Of a DNA stretch of 62,847 nucleotides, positions 50,583 through 62,847 are shown piece after piece. The stretch spans positions 44,849,967-44,912,813 of the forward strand of contig JARFYF010000052.1 in assembly GCA_030265395.1 (NCBI GenBank), read 5' to 3'. The notes below the pieces were generated by a model. That model was not told the origin of the DNA. It saw only the letters and a list, made by a program, of their open reading frames with translations, and made no database searches. Source of the stretch: Rhina ancylostomus (Eukaryota). How positions within the stretch are numbered: the first letter of the stretch is position 1; the number at the start of each line of letters is the position of its first letter. Made by a program: the position numbers and the translations under genes.

Positions 50583-51129
50583 TATTTTTTAGCCATCACA
50601 GATGCAGAGCAAAGAGCAACAGATAAAAAAACAAATAAAATAGCAGTAGGTGTGGGTTATTTTGCCCTTCAAGCCATACCTCTGTTTCCCTTGTATGACT
50701 CAATGCCTTCTGATGTTGTTTATTCCGTTAACTATTCCAGTGTTTCTCACATTACTAGACCCAGAGGTTCTCCTTTTTCTGTAGGGCTTTGTAGTTTACA
50801 GATAAGAAAGCATTGTTAAGTTCTTTTGCTGTACCTTTCCTGCTTACTCTGCAACTCAATGTATTAGATGGTGGTTAAAACCTCCTAAGAACAGAAGTAG
50901 TAGGGTGGAAAGCAGGGTTGAGTTATGCGACCATAGGCGTGACAGTGTAGGGCAAAAGATGGAGCATGACGTGACAATGAAAGAAGGAAAAATAATGACT
51001 CTAGAAGAGGTGCAAATGGCAATAGCAGAATCATTACAAGCAACTACTGTCTGGAAAAAAAGAGCAGTACTTATAATCTAAAATTAATTGATAACTAAAT
51101 GAAGTGAATTAGCATTTTCATGACCAGTG

Positions 51130-51345
51130 TTCTCATCTCCAAGTTCTCCTCCAAGTTCATCCTTACTTAGGAACATACTGTTCTTTCTTTATTTTCATTG
51201 GCTCAGAATTCTGTAATCCCTTTTTCTATTCTTTCTTAATGCACCATGACAAAAAGGACTGCAGAAGTTCAAGAAGAAGCATCACACGCACCTTTTCAGG
51301 ATAACTAAAGGTGGCAAATAAATATCATTAATACCACATCTCAAA
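51130..51345 (+). mobile_element. Decayed LINE 3' end (CR1/L2 group, distinct from the main CR1)
   Basis: GGACTGCAGAAGTTCAAGAAG..CACCTTTTCAGG..AATAAAT pattern recognised by eye only. Confidence 0.45.
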
Positions 51346-51354
51346 AACGATATA

Positions 51355-51845
51355 ATTTTGGAGAGTTCTGATTTACACATATTGGCGTTCATTTCTCTCA
51401 TAGTCAGGAGGGCTGTATTGCTTAAATGGAAGGAAACTATTCCTCACACTCATACTCAATGGTTACGGGATGTTATGCCATATCTAAATTTAGAGAAGAT
51501 CCATTGCTCTATTTCTGGATCTATTTTGAACTTTCAAATATTATGGGACCTTTTTTGAATTACTTTCAAAACCACTGATTTGGTGCTTATTGCACAGATA
51601 TTGGCCAATACTATTTTGTCTTTATGATGCTATTAAACAGCTTTGGTTTTGGTAGTGGGGTTAGATTTTTTTTATAATAACATTATTCCAACTTATCATT
51701 ATCAATTGATATCTTTTTTGTTTATCGATATGAAGCATTATGATTTCTAGTGTGAATATAATCTATTTTGTAATTTTTTTCCTTTGTTTCATGCATTTTG
51801 TACTACTTATTTGAAATTAATGAAAATACAGAAAAAGAAAGAAAA
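51355..51845 (+). mobile_element. L1-clade LINE 3' end (ORF2 C-terminus, T-rich 3' UTR, A-rich tail)
   Basis: LAFISLIVRRAVLLKWKETIPHTHTQWLRDVMPYLNLEKI fits the fish L1 ORF2 C-terminal pattern (AR..ILL.WK..PP...W......LEKI); followed by AAAAAGAAAGAAAAA. Confidence 0.8.
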
Positions 51846-54800
51846 ATGTGTTAAAGAACTATGAAAGCCTCAAAAAGTAGCACATTTACAATTTTGGTAC
51901 AAATATTGAACTGGGGAATAATTGTGATAATTCTAAATATTTGGAATAATTTGACTGGACTTTCAAAACACCTGATAGAAAAGTCAACATAACGTAGAAC
52001 TCTTTGTAAATTTGTATATTAAAATAAAGTCCTTAAAAATTCTACACATTTCAACAACAGTAAAATGGAAAACAAGATATTTGTGATGAATTGAAATGAA
52101 GAAATGGGTTAACTTGCAAAGCATTTGGAACTCAGTCGGTACTGATGAATTCAGATCCAAAAGATATCTGAATCTATACAACAATCTTATCAACATCTGA
52201 ATAGAAAACAAATTAAGGATAACATTTAAAATATGAAGGGGAATTTTAATAGGCAGGTGCTTGGTGTATAGGCCATTAAAATCATTCCAGGTTACTAATC
52301 CCCCTCCTGAGTCAACTGAAAGGAATTTTAACCTGATTAACTGAACAGTATTAAGCATTTATCCATTTTTAAATTTATCTGTAATGAATCCCAATAATAT
52401 TGTGGTGTCAGACTGTAATTTACATTGTCAATACAAGCAGGAATTGACAACATGATTTCCATTTGCCAAAGCGGTGAAGAGAGAAAAATGCCACACAACA
52501 TCCAAACTGGGAATTAAGTCAAAAAGGCCTTAACATATCCTGCAGGTCTAGAATCAACAGGATGCTTCAACATTCCAAGGAAGAAGGGAAGACTTCCTCA
52601 GCCATAGATTCATTGGATGGCCAAAAGATGATTCCTCTTCTTACAGAATCTCAGTGAGCAGCATCCACTCTTTCTGACTTGCTTATTTCATTTGGAACAG
52701 ATGAAATATCAGGAGTCATACAAAACCTGGGAATCAAAATATCTTCTATTTCCTTTCTGAAGCAGGAAGTGAGATGTTTACTTTTTTATAAACTAGCTGG
52801 CAATTAGAATCAGGTGGATAATCTCTACCAGTGAGTAAATATTACACAATGCGTTCAACTTCTTAAATCAGTTTTAATTTTGACATGATATTAGTTTGAA
52901 TCTTTCAGCTGATGGTTAGTTAACTAAGTAGTAATATTGCAATTTAGTTTATAAATGATTAGGAACTAGCCAGCTGGCATTTGATATTCATATTGACTGT
53001 GAGCAATTCACTTTCAATTTATCAATATATTTCAATTTGTCTTGCGTGTGCATGTGTGAAAATACTTGATACACAATGAAATGATCCACAAATACACAAT
53101 TCTTTCAGTAATTGAATAGATGCAACAATAGTGATTAGATTGAATGATAATTGGAAGGTAAAGCAATAGTCACTTCGGTTTGTACTCTGCGCAGTGCTCT
53201 CATTTTCTGATTACTGCAACAATGGATCATACTTTCTCCTGAAGACTTTTTGCAGTCAGCGTCTCCATGAACTCACTTCATTTTTTCAGGAATGTTAGAT
53301 AGAAAATGTGACTTTTCACATCAATAACATCAATGCATGCAGTAAAATTCCATGACATTGTGTGACAACTATCATAGAAAACTACAGGAATTGCCATGGA
53401 AACAAATGAAAAGGAATACCGAAGGGAAAATTTAGATCGATTAGATACAATGTAGTAGATAAATGGTTGCAATGCACAGGCTAATAACTAAATAGGAGAA
53501 GTCTTTTGAAGACCTAACAAGTCAAAGCCAACCTAAGAAAAGCTAAAAAAGATTTGAGGAGTGTATATTAATATTGTTAATTTAAGTTATATTATGTGCT
53601 TTTCACTTTTGTTTCTTCTTATCTCCAACAAAGAGGAACAGCTCAGCAGAAATTGTTGTAAACTTCCAATGTGACTTGAGTGCATACCAGCAAGCTATTC
53701 AGCTGCAGATAGCATAACAGCTCTCAATCTATGTCAGGGTTTAAAATGGGAGAAAGTTATAAACATGTGTCAACAGGAATTGGGCTGGTGTCAAGGCTTT
53801 AAAACAGGATGACTCAAAACAGTACAAAATAAACTTGTTTAAATATTTTTTTATTCCCTATTCCTTTAAATCAAGATTTCATCAATTTGTACTTAATCAG
53901 AGTTTCAAAGCTATTCCACTCTTCTTTAGAAATACAGGTTCATTGAGAAAATTGGACTCTTTTTATATTCTGCACGTGACCGCATTGTGAATTTTAACTT
54001 TCCAAGCAAGATTGAGGACTTTTTTTTAACCAAATATTTTGCAACTTTTAGAGGTGAATGCTGCAAAACACAATAGAACTTATCACTGAAATCTTACTTC
54101 TATTCAACATGGTTTACCTTGGACTTCAGGGCCTGTTCCCCCTTACCCCACTTTCAAATAAAAGACCCCCTATCAATCCCATACCCACCCACATCCAGCC
54201 TTTGAATACCACAATCTTGACAACTATTATCTTTTAATTAAATGAATCAGTGCCGAGGTAGTCTGGAGCTAGAGTATAAGTGGATGTGGGATCAGACATT
54301 TAAGAAAGAACTGAAGGGAAAGTCCTTTCCTCAGAGCATTGTAGAACATTGGAATTCACTGTCCTTGAGAGCTATGAAAGCTCTGATTAAGACTTTAAGG
54401 AGATTTAATGTTGAGATATCAGAGGGTTATGGGAGATGTGCAGGAGAGTGCAATTTTGGCCAAAAATCAGATCACACATGATCTTATTGAATGGAACAGC
54501 TGGCTCAAGTGGGATTTTAACCTACTTCTGCTCTTCTTTGTTATGCTATTTCTTTGTAAATTTGTAAGTTATTGGAGAAGGAGAAGCACAGGTACACAAT
54601 ATGTGTCATGAAAAGATACTAACTAACAAATAAGTTTATGGCCTTAGTGCTGTGCAGTTGAGACGCATATATTTCCAAATATCTGCCTCTATATTTGTTT
54701 GAGTGACAACTGTTTGGATTACCTTTTCACTAGGGCTATACTTGATTACTGGGGCTATACTCTGAAATATTATGGTTATCAATCCATTGCCAGTAAACTC

Positions 54801-54884
54801 TGATACATAATACAAACATTTATTTATTCATGTTTATCTGGGCTGTTTTAATGAAAGTAAATATATTATTGCAACAGTAAAAGT

Positions 54885-56470
54885 GAGTGGGAGCAGGCAT
54901 AACAAGACTATTCAAGCCTTGTTATTTCAATCAACAAGATCCTGACTGGTATTCAACCCCAGCTTCATCTCTCTGACTTCTTCCCTTCTTTCTCCAAATA
55001 TGTCCTTATTATCAAAATGGTCTATTAATCTCAGTCTAGAATATAATCAATGACTGAACACTTGTGGCCATGGGATAGAGAATTCCAAAGATGTGCAACT
55101 CTTTGGGTAAAATTTCCCTCCTAATCTCAGCTCAATAAAGACAACTGCAGACATTGTGACACCTTGTTCCAGACTTTCTCACCAGAGGTAACATCCTTCC
55201 AGAATCAAACCTCTGAAGCCACTTAAAATTAGTGTATTCTTTAATATCACCCCACATTCTCCAAAAGTCTTTGAGGAAATGGCCTGAGCCTACTCAAACA
55301 CTATTCAAAAGACAGTCCTCCATCCCAAAACCAATCCCTCCAAAGAAAGTACATCCTTCCTTCCTTTTCTGAGGACACCAAAACTATACATTGTATAGTT
55401 ACCATACATACTTTTACTTCTTTGCAACTTCCCCACAGATTACATTCCTGCCTGTATATGTATCACCAGAAAAATTGGATACACTACACTTAGTTCCCAA
55501 ATCTAAGGCACTGACATAGATTATCTATATTCTAATGTAACCTCTGATCCCATGAATCCTAATTTCCAGTAATAATATTTTATATAACTCCTCACTGAAT
55601 ATCTTTTGCAAATTTTGAATATGTTTCAAGCATTCATTCACCATTATTTCTGTTGCTAGTTAAGTCCTCAAAACCAACTCAAATAAATTTGTTTGATCCT
55701 GTTTTTTCCAATATAAACTCATTTTGATTCTGCCAAATCAATTAACCACTATGACATTGTAATAATAGATTTGAACTGTTCCATACTACCTACGTCAGAC
55801 TAACTTGTCTGTAACTCCCTGTGAAAATAAGAAAAAATGCAGATGTTGTAAATCCAAAATAAAAACAGAAAATGCCACAAATTTTCAGCAGTTCAGGCAG
55901 CATCCATGGAAAGTGAAATGAAGTTAACATTTTAGATCAAAGACCCCTTGTCAGAATATGTCTGATGAAATGTTTTTGAACTGAATTGTTAACTCTCTTT
56001 CCACAGACTCTTTCTTTCTTGAATAATGATAATAATTTTCTTTCAATCTGCAGAGACTGTTCATGAGAGCATTAAAAGATCAAAATTAATGCATCCATTT
56101 TCAAACCCTAAGGTGTAGACTACCGGGTCCAGGGAACTTAATGACTTCAGTAATTATTATAAAACCAGTACTCTTTCTTCATTAACACAATTTCTTGAAG
56201 TTCCTCATTCTCACTGCAGCCCTGGTTCTTCACACTTTCTGAAATGATTTATGTGCCTTTGACTGTGAAGAAAAAGTATTTGTTTATCATCACTGCTATT
56301 TCCCTGTTCGCCATGATAATGTTTTTTCCACTCTCCGTCTGTAGGAGATCCAAATTTACTAATGTTAACCTTTACCTTTTTACATAACCAGAGAACCTTT
56401 TATAATCTATTTTATGTCTCTTGTTAGTTTACCTTCAAACTCTTGCTCTCGATCAAATCTTTGACATCCT
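54885..56470 (-). mobile_element. Long, heavily decayed CR1 LINE
   Basis: Tail GGAGCAGGCATA..ATTCAAGCC; GATAGAGAATTCCAAAGAT; GTCAGACTAACTTGTCTGTAACT (complement of NYRPVSLT-like codons); GGTCCAGGGAACTTA (KSPGP-like). Confidence 0.6.
55825..56010. mobile_element. Penelope-type insertion with two inverted halves, each with a decayed hammerhead motif
   Basis: Minus half TCTGACAAGGGGTCTTTGATCTAAAATGTTAACT abuts plus half TCTGATGAAATGTTTTTGAACTGAATTGTTAACT. Confidence 0.7.
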
Positions 56471-56499
56471 TCAATGAATTTTCATATCAGATAAAATAT

Positions 56500-56740
56500 T
56501 ACCCAGTATGCTGCCAAGATGCATTATGGTGTAAAATGAAGAAATATGTTTATGTTCTGCGCTAGTTATTTTGACCTGGAAACCACTGAAAGGATAGTGG
56601 ATGCAGATTCATTAGGATCTTTCAGATGAAAACAGAATACATATTTGAAGAGGAAAATTTTGCAAAAAGCAGGGCAGAGGCTCTTCTAAACAGCAGGCAT
56701 GGATGGAATGGCTTCTTTCTGAGATACTATAATTCCATGA
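56500..56740 (+). mobile_element. Decayed CR1 3' end
   Basis: CTGAAAGGATAGTGGATGCAGATTCA..GAATGGCTTCTTTCTGAGAT..ATTCCATGA. Confidence 0.55.
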
Positions 56741-56859
56741 AGAGAACTAAGCTTATCTGGCAACAAAAAATCATCAGACATATTTCTGAAAGTGGGGTTA
56801 AGAGGCAAGGTAGGTAGGAGGATTGTGTTATGCTAGATGATAAGAAGGATGCAACATTA

Positions 56860-57010
56860 AGATGCTCTTTAAAACCTAACTCTTGGCTAAGCATTTGCTC
56901 TTTCGCTCTTATACTTTCTTGCAATGCCTCAATGTCAAATATCGTTTGATAATCATCCTTTGCAATATTTTATTACATTGAAGGGAGAATATCAATGCAA
57001 GTTATTGTTG
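56860..57010 (+). mobile_element. L2-type LINE 3' end remnant
   Basis: CTTTAAAACCTAACTCTTG..TATTACATTGAAGG..AATGCAAGTTATTGTTG resembles the tail of the Deu SINEs. Confidence 0.5.
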
Positions 57011-58899
57011 GTGTAGTGAGGGAAGAATCATTTGAACCATATTGCCAATGGATTTCTGGGATAATGTAATACAGCCAAGGAATTGTGTACAAACCAATAC
57101 ATTAAAATCAGAGATCCAAGTAAAAATAACTTGTACACATTCACTTTCTTTTAACTTCTATGGTATTTGAAATAGAGAAAATTAATAAGAGTAAAACTGT
57201 ACTATTTCAATAACTTTCCTCTTCATAATGTTCTTTGTAGCCATTGTAATTCACTGTCTCTGCTACATGTAGAAGATAGACATAAGTTTTGTCTTTTCAA
57301 ACAGCAATCCAAACAGAAAAATTACTGTTGACAAAAAGATGTTTTTCATTTCCTCCCTTCACCAAATGCTATGATTTAAAAGGAATTCCAGAATATCTGT
57401 AAAAGAGTATAGGGGAATAAAATATATCATATAAATGACTATTTAATAATTTCTTTCTGTATATGATTCCAGTTCAACCCCTTCAGCCTGCCATTATTAT
57501 TACCTAAATATTTCTATAATGCCAGAACTGTTCATTCCTTTCACTGCTCAACATGAATAATTCTAATAAACTTAATGATTTAATGCATACTTTCACGTGA
57601 CAGAACAGAGATTTAAAAGTTTGCAACATAAAACAGTGTACTCTTAGCACCTTGGGGATTAGTGAGAAAGAGCAAACATAGTAAATTTATTGGCACACAC
57701 TGTAGATTGACATTGGCATCTAACATTTAGCCAGATATTTATCTGAAGTCGAGATTCTTCATGACAGAAGAGCTGAGCAGCAAATCCCATGTATCTGCAG
57801 GCAGACGGTTGGGCCGATCAGCAGATCACAGTAATTTACAGACTTGTGGTACTTAATATAATGCAATAATCTACACTGCGCAGTTTGTCATTTGGACGAG
57901 GCCACAGATTATAGCTTAGGGCTGTGCATCTGTGCACAGATCTAAGAGGAAATGGACTGGGAGCTGTAACAGCTGAGCTTGCCTCAGCCGCGCTGGAAAA
58001 TGCAACTCCTGCTACAGAGGTCATCGCACTGATCAAGCCTGACAGCCCAAATTGTTAAGCATGTGNNNNNNNNNNNNNNNNNNNNNNNNNNNNNNNNNNN
58101 NNNNATAGCTGGTTAGTGGCTAGTCTTAATTTTATGTGACAAACCATTTCAGGAGGCGCTGCTTTGGTGACTAAATGGAGCATATTGATGTCCCACTGGG
58201 TGTAGCCTATGTTGTTTTGACAAATTCTCTTCAGCATTTATCAATCACATTTACAATGGAGAGTGTGCTGAATGTCCTAATCAAACATGCTAGTCAGGGC
58301 TAATAGAGTGAGGTCGTATGTTATTCAATTTGTTCTTGTTAGCGTAAGTCCTTTTCACTGAGCAGTTTGCTATCATACATCACAAGATGCAAAAAGGATG
58401 TTTATTCAAATTCATGCTCCTTTTATATATTTAAAAAAATATTGGCATCACAGTTAACTATTATCCTCTCTGAATATTTCTTGAGAATTCTGCAGTTATT
58501 CAAAGACAGTAAAACATTATCTTGTTAATTGCAACAAATAAAGTCTTCTTTGCTATTTTAACATTTTACACGCTAGAAATTAAAACAAAGAAACCGTACA
58601 ATCCTGGGCATGTAATTTCTAAATAGATCTGATTGGGTGAAGTTGCTATTTGTTGTGCAGTGTTGACTCACTTGCCTTCTTGTATCATTTAAACTGAGCG
58701 GAACAATCACGGGCAGGGGGCTAAGATCTCCTGTTATGCTGAATCCCCAGAAGCTGTTGGGTCCACTTATGGGAGGGACCTTGTGGGACCACCCCAAGCA
58801 GGCTTTATGATGGCAGGTCTAAGTTAAATTCTGAGATGATTCTGGCTACCAATAGGGGGGCAAAACAATAGTAATCGATCTGGGATTAATCATGCGCAG

Positions 58900-59742
58900 C
58901 ATTGAATATAGAAGTTGGGAAGTCATATTGCAGCTGCGTAAAAATTTTGGATAGGCTGCATTTCAAGCATTGTGGGCAGAATCAGTTGCCAGTTTATAGG
59001 AAGGAGTTGGAGGATTTAGAGAGGGTGCAAAAGTAGTTCACCATGACGTTTCCTGGATCAGAGGGTATTAGCTGTAAGGAGAGTTTGGGCAAACTTGGAT
59101 TATTTTCTCTGAGGGTGAATGGGCAATGCGATAGAAGTAAATAAAATTATGAGAGGCACAGATGGATTAGATAGTTAGAGGTTTTTTTTCCCCAGGGTGG
59201 AGATGTTGAATAATGGTGAGCATAGGTTTAAGGTGAGAGCGATGAAGTTTGAAGGAGATTTGCAAGGTGTTTGGAATGTGCTACCAGGGAGGTTGTCACA
59301 ATGTTGATCCAAAGCAAAGTCACAGAGAACCCAAATGCGGCACACCAATACAAGACTGGAGTCAGGATACTTCCTCAGGACAAACACAGNNNNNNNNNNN
59401 NNNNNNNNNNNNNNNNNNNNNNNNNNNNNNNNNNNNNNNNNNNNNNNNNNNNNNNNNNNNNNNNNNNNNNNNNNNNNNNNNNNNNNNNNTGGAATTCATG
59501 TGCTGGACAACAAGGCATTAATGGAGCCAAATTGAGGACCAGAACTCAGAACCATGACAGAGGTAGTAGAAGCAGATATGATAGAATTGTTTAAGAAGCA
59601 TTTAGACAGACATGAACAGGCAGGGAATAGAGGGATATGGACCACATGATGGCAAATGGGATTACTTTAGAATGGCATCATTGTTGGAACAGATGTGGAG
59701 GGCCAAAGGGCCCGTTCTTTTGTTGTACAGTTCTATGTTCTA
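58900..59742 (+). mobile_element. CR1 LINE 3' part interrupted by an LTR
   Basis: ATTGAATATAGAAGTTGGGA..TTTTCCCAGGGTGGAGATG..TGGAATGTGCTACCAGG[LTR]GAGGTAGTAGAAGCAGAT..GGGCCAAAGGGCCCG..TTCTATGTTCT. Confidence 0.9.
59294..59559 (-). mobile_element. LTR (probable solo LTR, Gypsy-like), second copy, with internal gap
   Basis: TGTCA..TGACA termini; 5-bp TSD GAGGT at 59289-59293 and 59560-59564; reverse complement aligns to 21798-22082. Confidence 0.85.
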
Positions 59743-60344
59743 AAGTTTGATAAAATGAAAGAAAATTGCTGCACCCTTTTGCTCAATTTTATTGTAGAAA
59801 TATATGGCAGCAACATATGTGAAAACATCACTAAACCAGCATGGACCTTCTGTAGAGGGACTGTGGAAGGTCCCGTGGTCAGGGCCAACATATCAATGCC
59901 ATGACATCCTTGTGAAGCTCAACAGATGTACAAGCCTCTATCTCCTGTTCTTTAAGCAGAAGGTAGTAATCTATCACAATTCTTACTTAGTACCCTGCTT
60001 CCCTGTAAGTCCAGTATACTATTCACCCCATGGGTCACTTGATTTTTCATTTCCAAGCAAAACCTCTGTATAGTTCTCCTGGGGAAATCTGAACTGTATT
60101 TTGGAGGAAGTCGCTTGGTGGGTTAACGATGCACTGCCTTCCCAATAGACAACGCCACCTGAACTAAGCAATATTTGTCAACCATCAAACATTTAGGCAG
60201 GCTTCCAAATCAGTTTACAAGTACAAAGAGTTTACAGCAAAATCAGAAAGTATTTTTCTGCACTGTAGGAACCAATGACCATTTCCACAGAATCTGCAGC
60301 AGAACTTTTCATCAAGCCAGTAACCAGTAAACACCCCGACAGAA

Positions 60345-62230
60345 GCAAAGATTAGTGAAGAGAAATATAAGTCCGTTATAGCCAGAAAAAGGAGAATTCA
60401 TTATAGGGAACAAGGAGATGGCAGAACAAACACTTTGATTCTATCTTTACAAAGGAGTGCAGAAATAATGTGCCTGAAATGCTAGGGAACTGGGGAAAAG
60501 GGAAGAACTGAATAAATTCAATATTAGTAAGGAAATGATGTTGGTGAAATGATGAGATTAAAGATCAGTGATTACCAGTACCCAATGGTCAACATCCCAG
60601 AGTAAATAAGGAAGTGGCCTTAAAAAAATAATAGATACATTGGTGGTCATTTTCCAACATTATTGGGTTCTGGATGAGTCCCTATGTATTATAGGGTTGT
60701 TAATGTCACCAGACTATTTAAACAGTGAAGGAGAGAGAAATTGGGTAATTATGGATAAATTAGCCTAACATCAATAGAAGGGAAAAAGCTACAATCCATT
60801 TTTAAATATGTAATAGCAGAGCATTTGGCAAACAATGCCAGAATTGGTCAAACTTATGGAATTAAGCAAGGGAAATTATGCTTGTCAAATTTACTGGAAT
60901 GTTTTGAGGAAAAGTAGAGTGAATGGGGAAGAACCAATGGAAGTGGTATATTTGGACTTTCTGAAAGCTCTCATCAAGGTCCTAGATAAGACATTAGTGT
61001 TCAAAATTAAAGCATATAGGATGGGGGGGATTGTACTGATATAGATAGAGAACTAGTTGGCAGACTGGAAACAAACAGTAGGAATAAATGGTCCTTTTCT
61101 GAGTGACAGACGGCGAATAGTGTGCATCATAGAGTTCAGTACTTGGACTCAAGCTATTCACAATATGATTAATAATTTAGATGAGGGAATTAAATGTAAT
61201 ATCTCCAAGTTTGCAGACAACACAAAGCTAGGTGGGAGTTGTAGCTAAGCAGAAGATGGAGAGAAACTCCTCAGTGATTTGAACAAGTTGAGTGAGTGGG
61301 TAGATGTGTGGCAGATGCCGTATAATGTAAATAAATGTGAGGTTGTCCACTCTTAAGGCGAAATATGAAGGTGGATTTTTACTTGAACAGCAAGCGTTCA
61401 GGAAAAGGGGAGGTACAACGAGATCTGGGTGTCCTTGTACACTAGTCGATGAAAGTAAGCACACAGGTTCAGCAGGCAGTTGAGAAGGCAAATCGTATGT
61501 TGACCTTCGTTGTGAGATGACTTGAGTGCAGGAGGAGGGATGTTGACTGCAATTGGTGAAGCCACTCCTTAAGTATCATGAGTAGTTGTGGTCTGTTTAG
61601 GTAGGAACAATGTTCTTGCTATGGAAAGAGTGCAGTGACTGTTCATCAGACTGACTCCTGGTCTGGCAGGACTGATGCATGGAGGGAGACTGTGGTGAAT
61701 TGGCTGATATTTACTAAAGTTAAGAAAAATGAGGGGGAATCTCACTGAAACTTATAAAATTTTAACAGAATGGACAGAGTGGATGCCAGAAAGATGTTCC
61801 CATTGTTGGGAAAGTCCAGAACTTGGGGGTGGGGGGGGGGTGGNNNNNNNNNNNNNNNNNNNNNNNNNNNNNNNNNNNNNNNNNNNNNNNNNNNNNNNNN
61901 NNNNNNNNNNNNNNNNNNNNNNNNNNNNNNNNNNNNNNNNNNNAAAACTTACCCTGACATCTCTCTACCTACTCCCCAGCACCTTAAACCTGTGCCCTCT
62001 TGTGGCAACCATTTCAGCCCCGGGGAAAAGCCTCTGACTATCTATCCGATCAATGCCTCTCATCATCTTATATACCTCTATCAGATCCTCCCTCATCCTC
62101 CGTTGCTCCAAGGAGAAAAGGCCATTCCCTCAATCTGCTTTCATAACGCACCCAAAGAATGGTGAACCTGTGAAATTCTTGCCTGCTAAAGGCAGCTGAG
62201 GCCAAATCATTAAATATATTTAAGAAGGAG
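60345..62230 (+). mobile_element. Long decayed CR1 LINE ORF2 (RT domain), interrupted by a gap and an inverted CR1 piece
   Basis: EPMEVVYLDFLKALIKVLDKTLVFKIKAY, INNLDEGIKCNISKFADNTKLGG and MRGNLTETYKIL; many stops and frameshifts. Confidence 0.9.
61945..62120 (-). mobile_element. CR1 ORF2-end fragment in opposite orientation
   Basis: CATCATCTTATATACCTCTATCAGATCCTCCCTCATCCTCCGTTGCTCCAAGGAGAAAAG is the complement of [19 protein letters not shown]. Confidence 0.85.
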
Positions 62231-62585
62231 GGTGCCACAAAGGCACAGCGAGTAGAACTGCTACCTCATAGCTCCAATGACCTGGGTTTGGTCATGACCT
62301 GTGTTGCTGTCTGTGTGGAGTTTGCTTGTTCTCCCTATGACCACGTGGGGTTCTTCTGGGTACTCTGTTTTCCTCTCACATTGCAAAAAGGTGCAGGCTT
62401 GTGGATTAATTGGACACTGTGTGTAGACGAGAGGTAGAATCTAGGGAGGAGTTGATATGAATGTGGGGAGAATAAAGTGAGTTGGGGTAGGATGGGTGTA
62501 AAGATGGGTGGTTGATGGTCAGCTTGACCCAGTGGGTTAAAGGGCCTGTTTCCATGCTGTATCTTGACTCTTTATAACTCTGTAT
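62231..62585 (+). mobile_element. tRNA-derived SINE (HE1/V-SINE-like) with CR1-type tail
   Basis: GCACAGCGAGTAGAACTGCTACCTCA head, CTGTGTGGAGTTTGCTTGTTCTCCC core, AAGGGCCTGTTTCCATGCTGTATC tail. Confidence 0.85.
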
Positions 62586-62599
62586 AATTGTAATGGCCA

Positions 62600-62847
62600 A
62601 AGGGATGCTGCCTGGATTGGAGAGCATGTCATCTGAGTATAGACTGAGTGAGCTAGGGCTTTTCTCTTTAGAGAGAAGGAGGATGAGAGGTGACCTGATA
62701 GAGGTGTACAAGATGATAAGAGGCATAGATCGAGTGCACAGAGACTTTTTCCCAGGTGACAGTGGCTAACACGAGGGGGCATAATTTTAAGGTGATTGGA
62801 GGAAGGTATAAGGGGGTTGTCAGTGGTAAGTTTTTTTACACAGAGAG
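62600..62847 (+). mobile_element. CR1 ORF2 C-terminal fragment (cut by window end)
   Basis: Translates [44 protein letters not shown]. Confidence 0.9.

Noticed and set aside
58845-58865. CTCF-like motif CCAATAGGGGGGC
   Set aside because: Mismatches at core positions (an extra G shifts the GGC); too weak alone.
61945-62847. Large inverted repeat between 61945-62120 and 62600-62820
   Set aside because: Two diverged CR1 ORF2-end fragments in opposite orientation, not a dedicated structure.

Overview
Eukaryotic, AT-rich, CpG-depleted and repeat-dense non-coding DNA. The repeat set (CR1/HER1-type LINEs, HE1/V-SINE-like tRNA SINEs, Deu-domain SINEs, Rex1/Babar, RTE, L1, Penelope-type repeats) points to a cartilaginous fish, probably a ray. 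The assembly is a scaffolded draft with many N gaps. I found no intact host gene, RNA gene or CRISPR array; all recognisable ORFs are decayed retroelement fragments. Main points of interest: (1) dispersed Penelope-type repeats carrying decayed minimal type-I hammerhead ribozyme motifs; (2) two copies of one TG..CA LTR family, each with a perfect 5-bp TSD; (3) a tRNA SINE family with swapped LINE tails (CR1 vs Rex1/Babar); (4) reciprocal CR1/Rex nesting; (5) a Tigger/pogo-like MITE with an internal minisatellite and a local 120-bp duplication; (6) TE-poor, CpG-retaining stretches that resemble enhancers. Family names come from motif recognition, not database searches, and most boundaries are approximate. 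I cannot support a wholly new biological system from this window.
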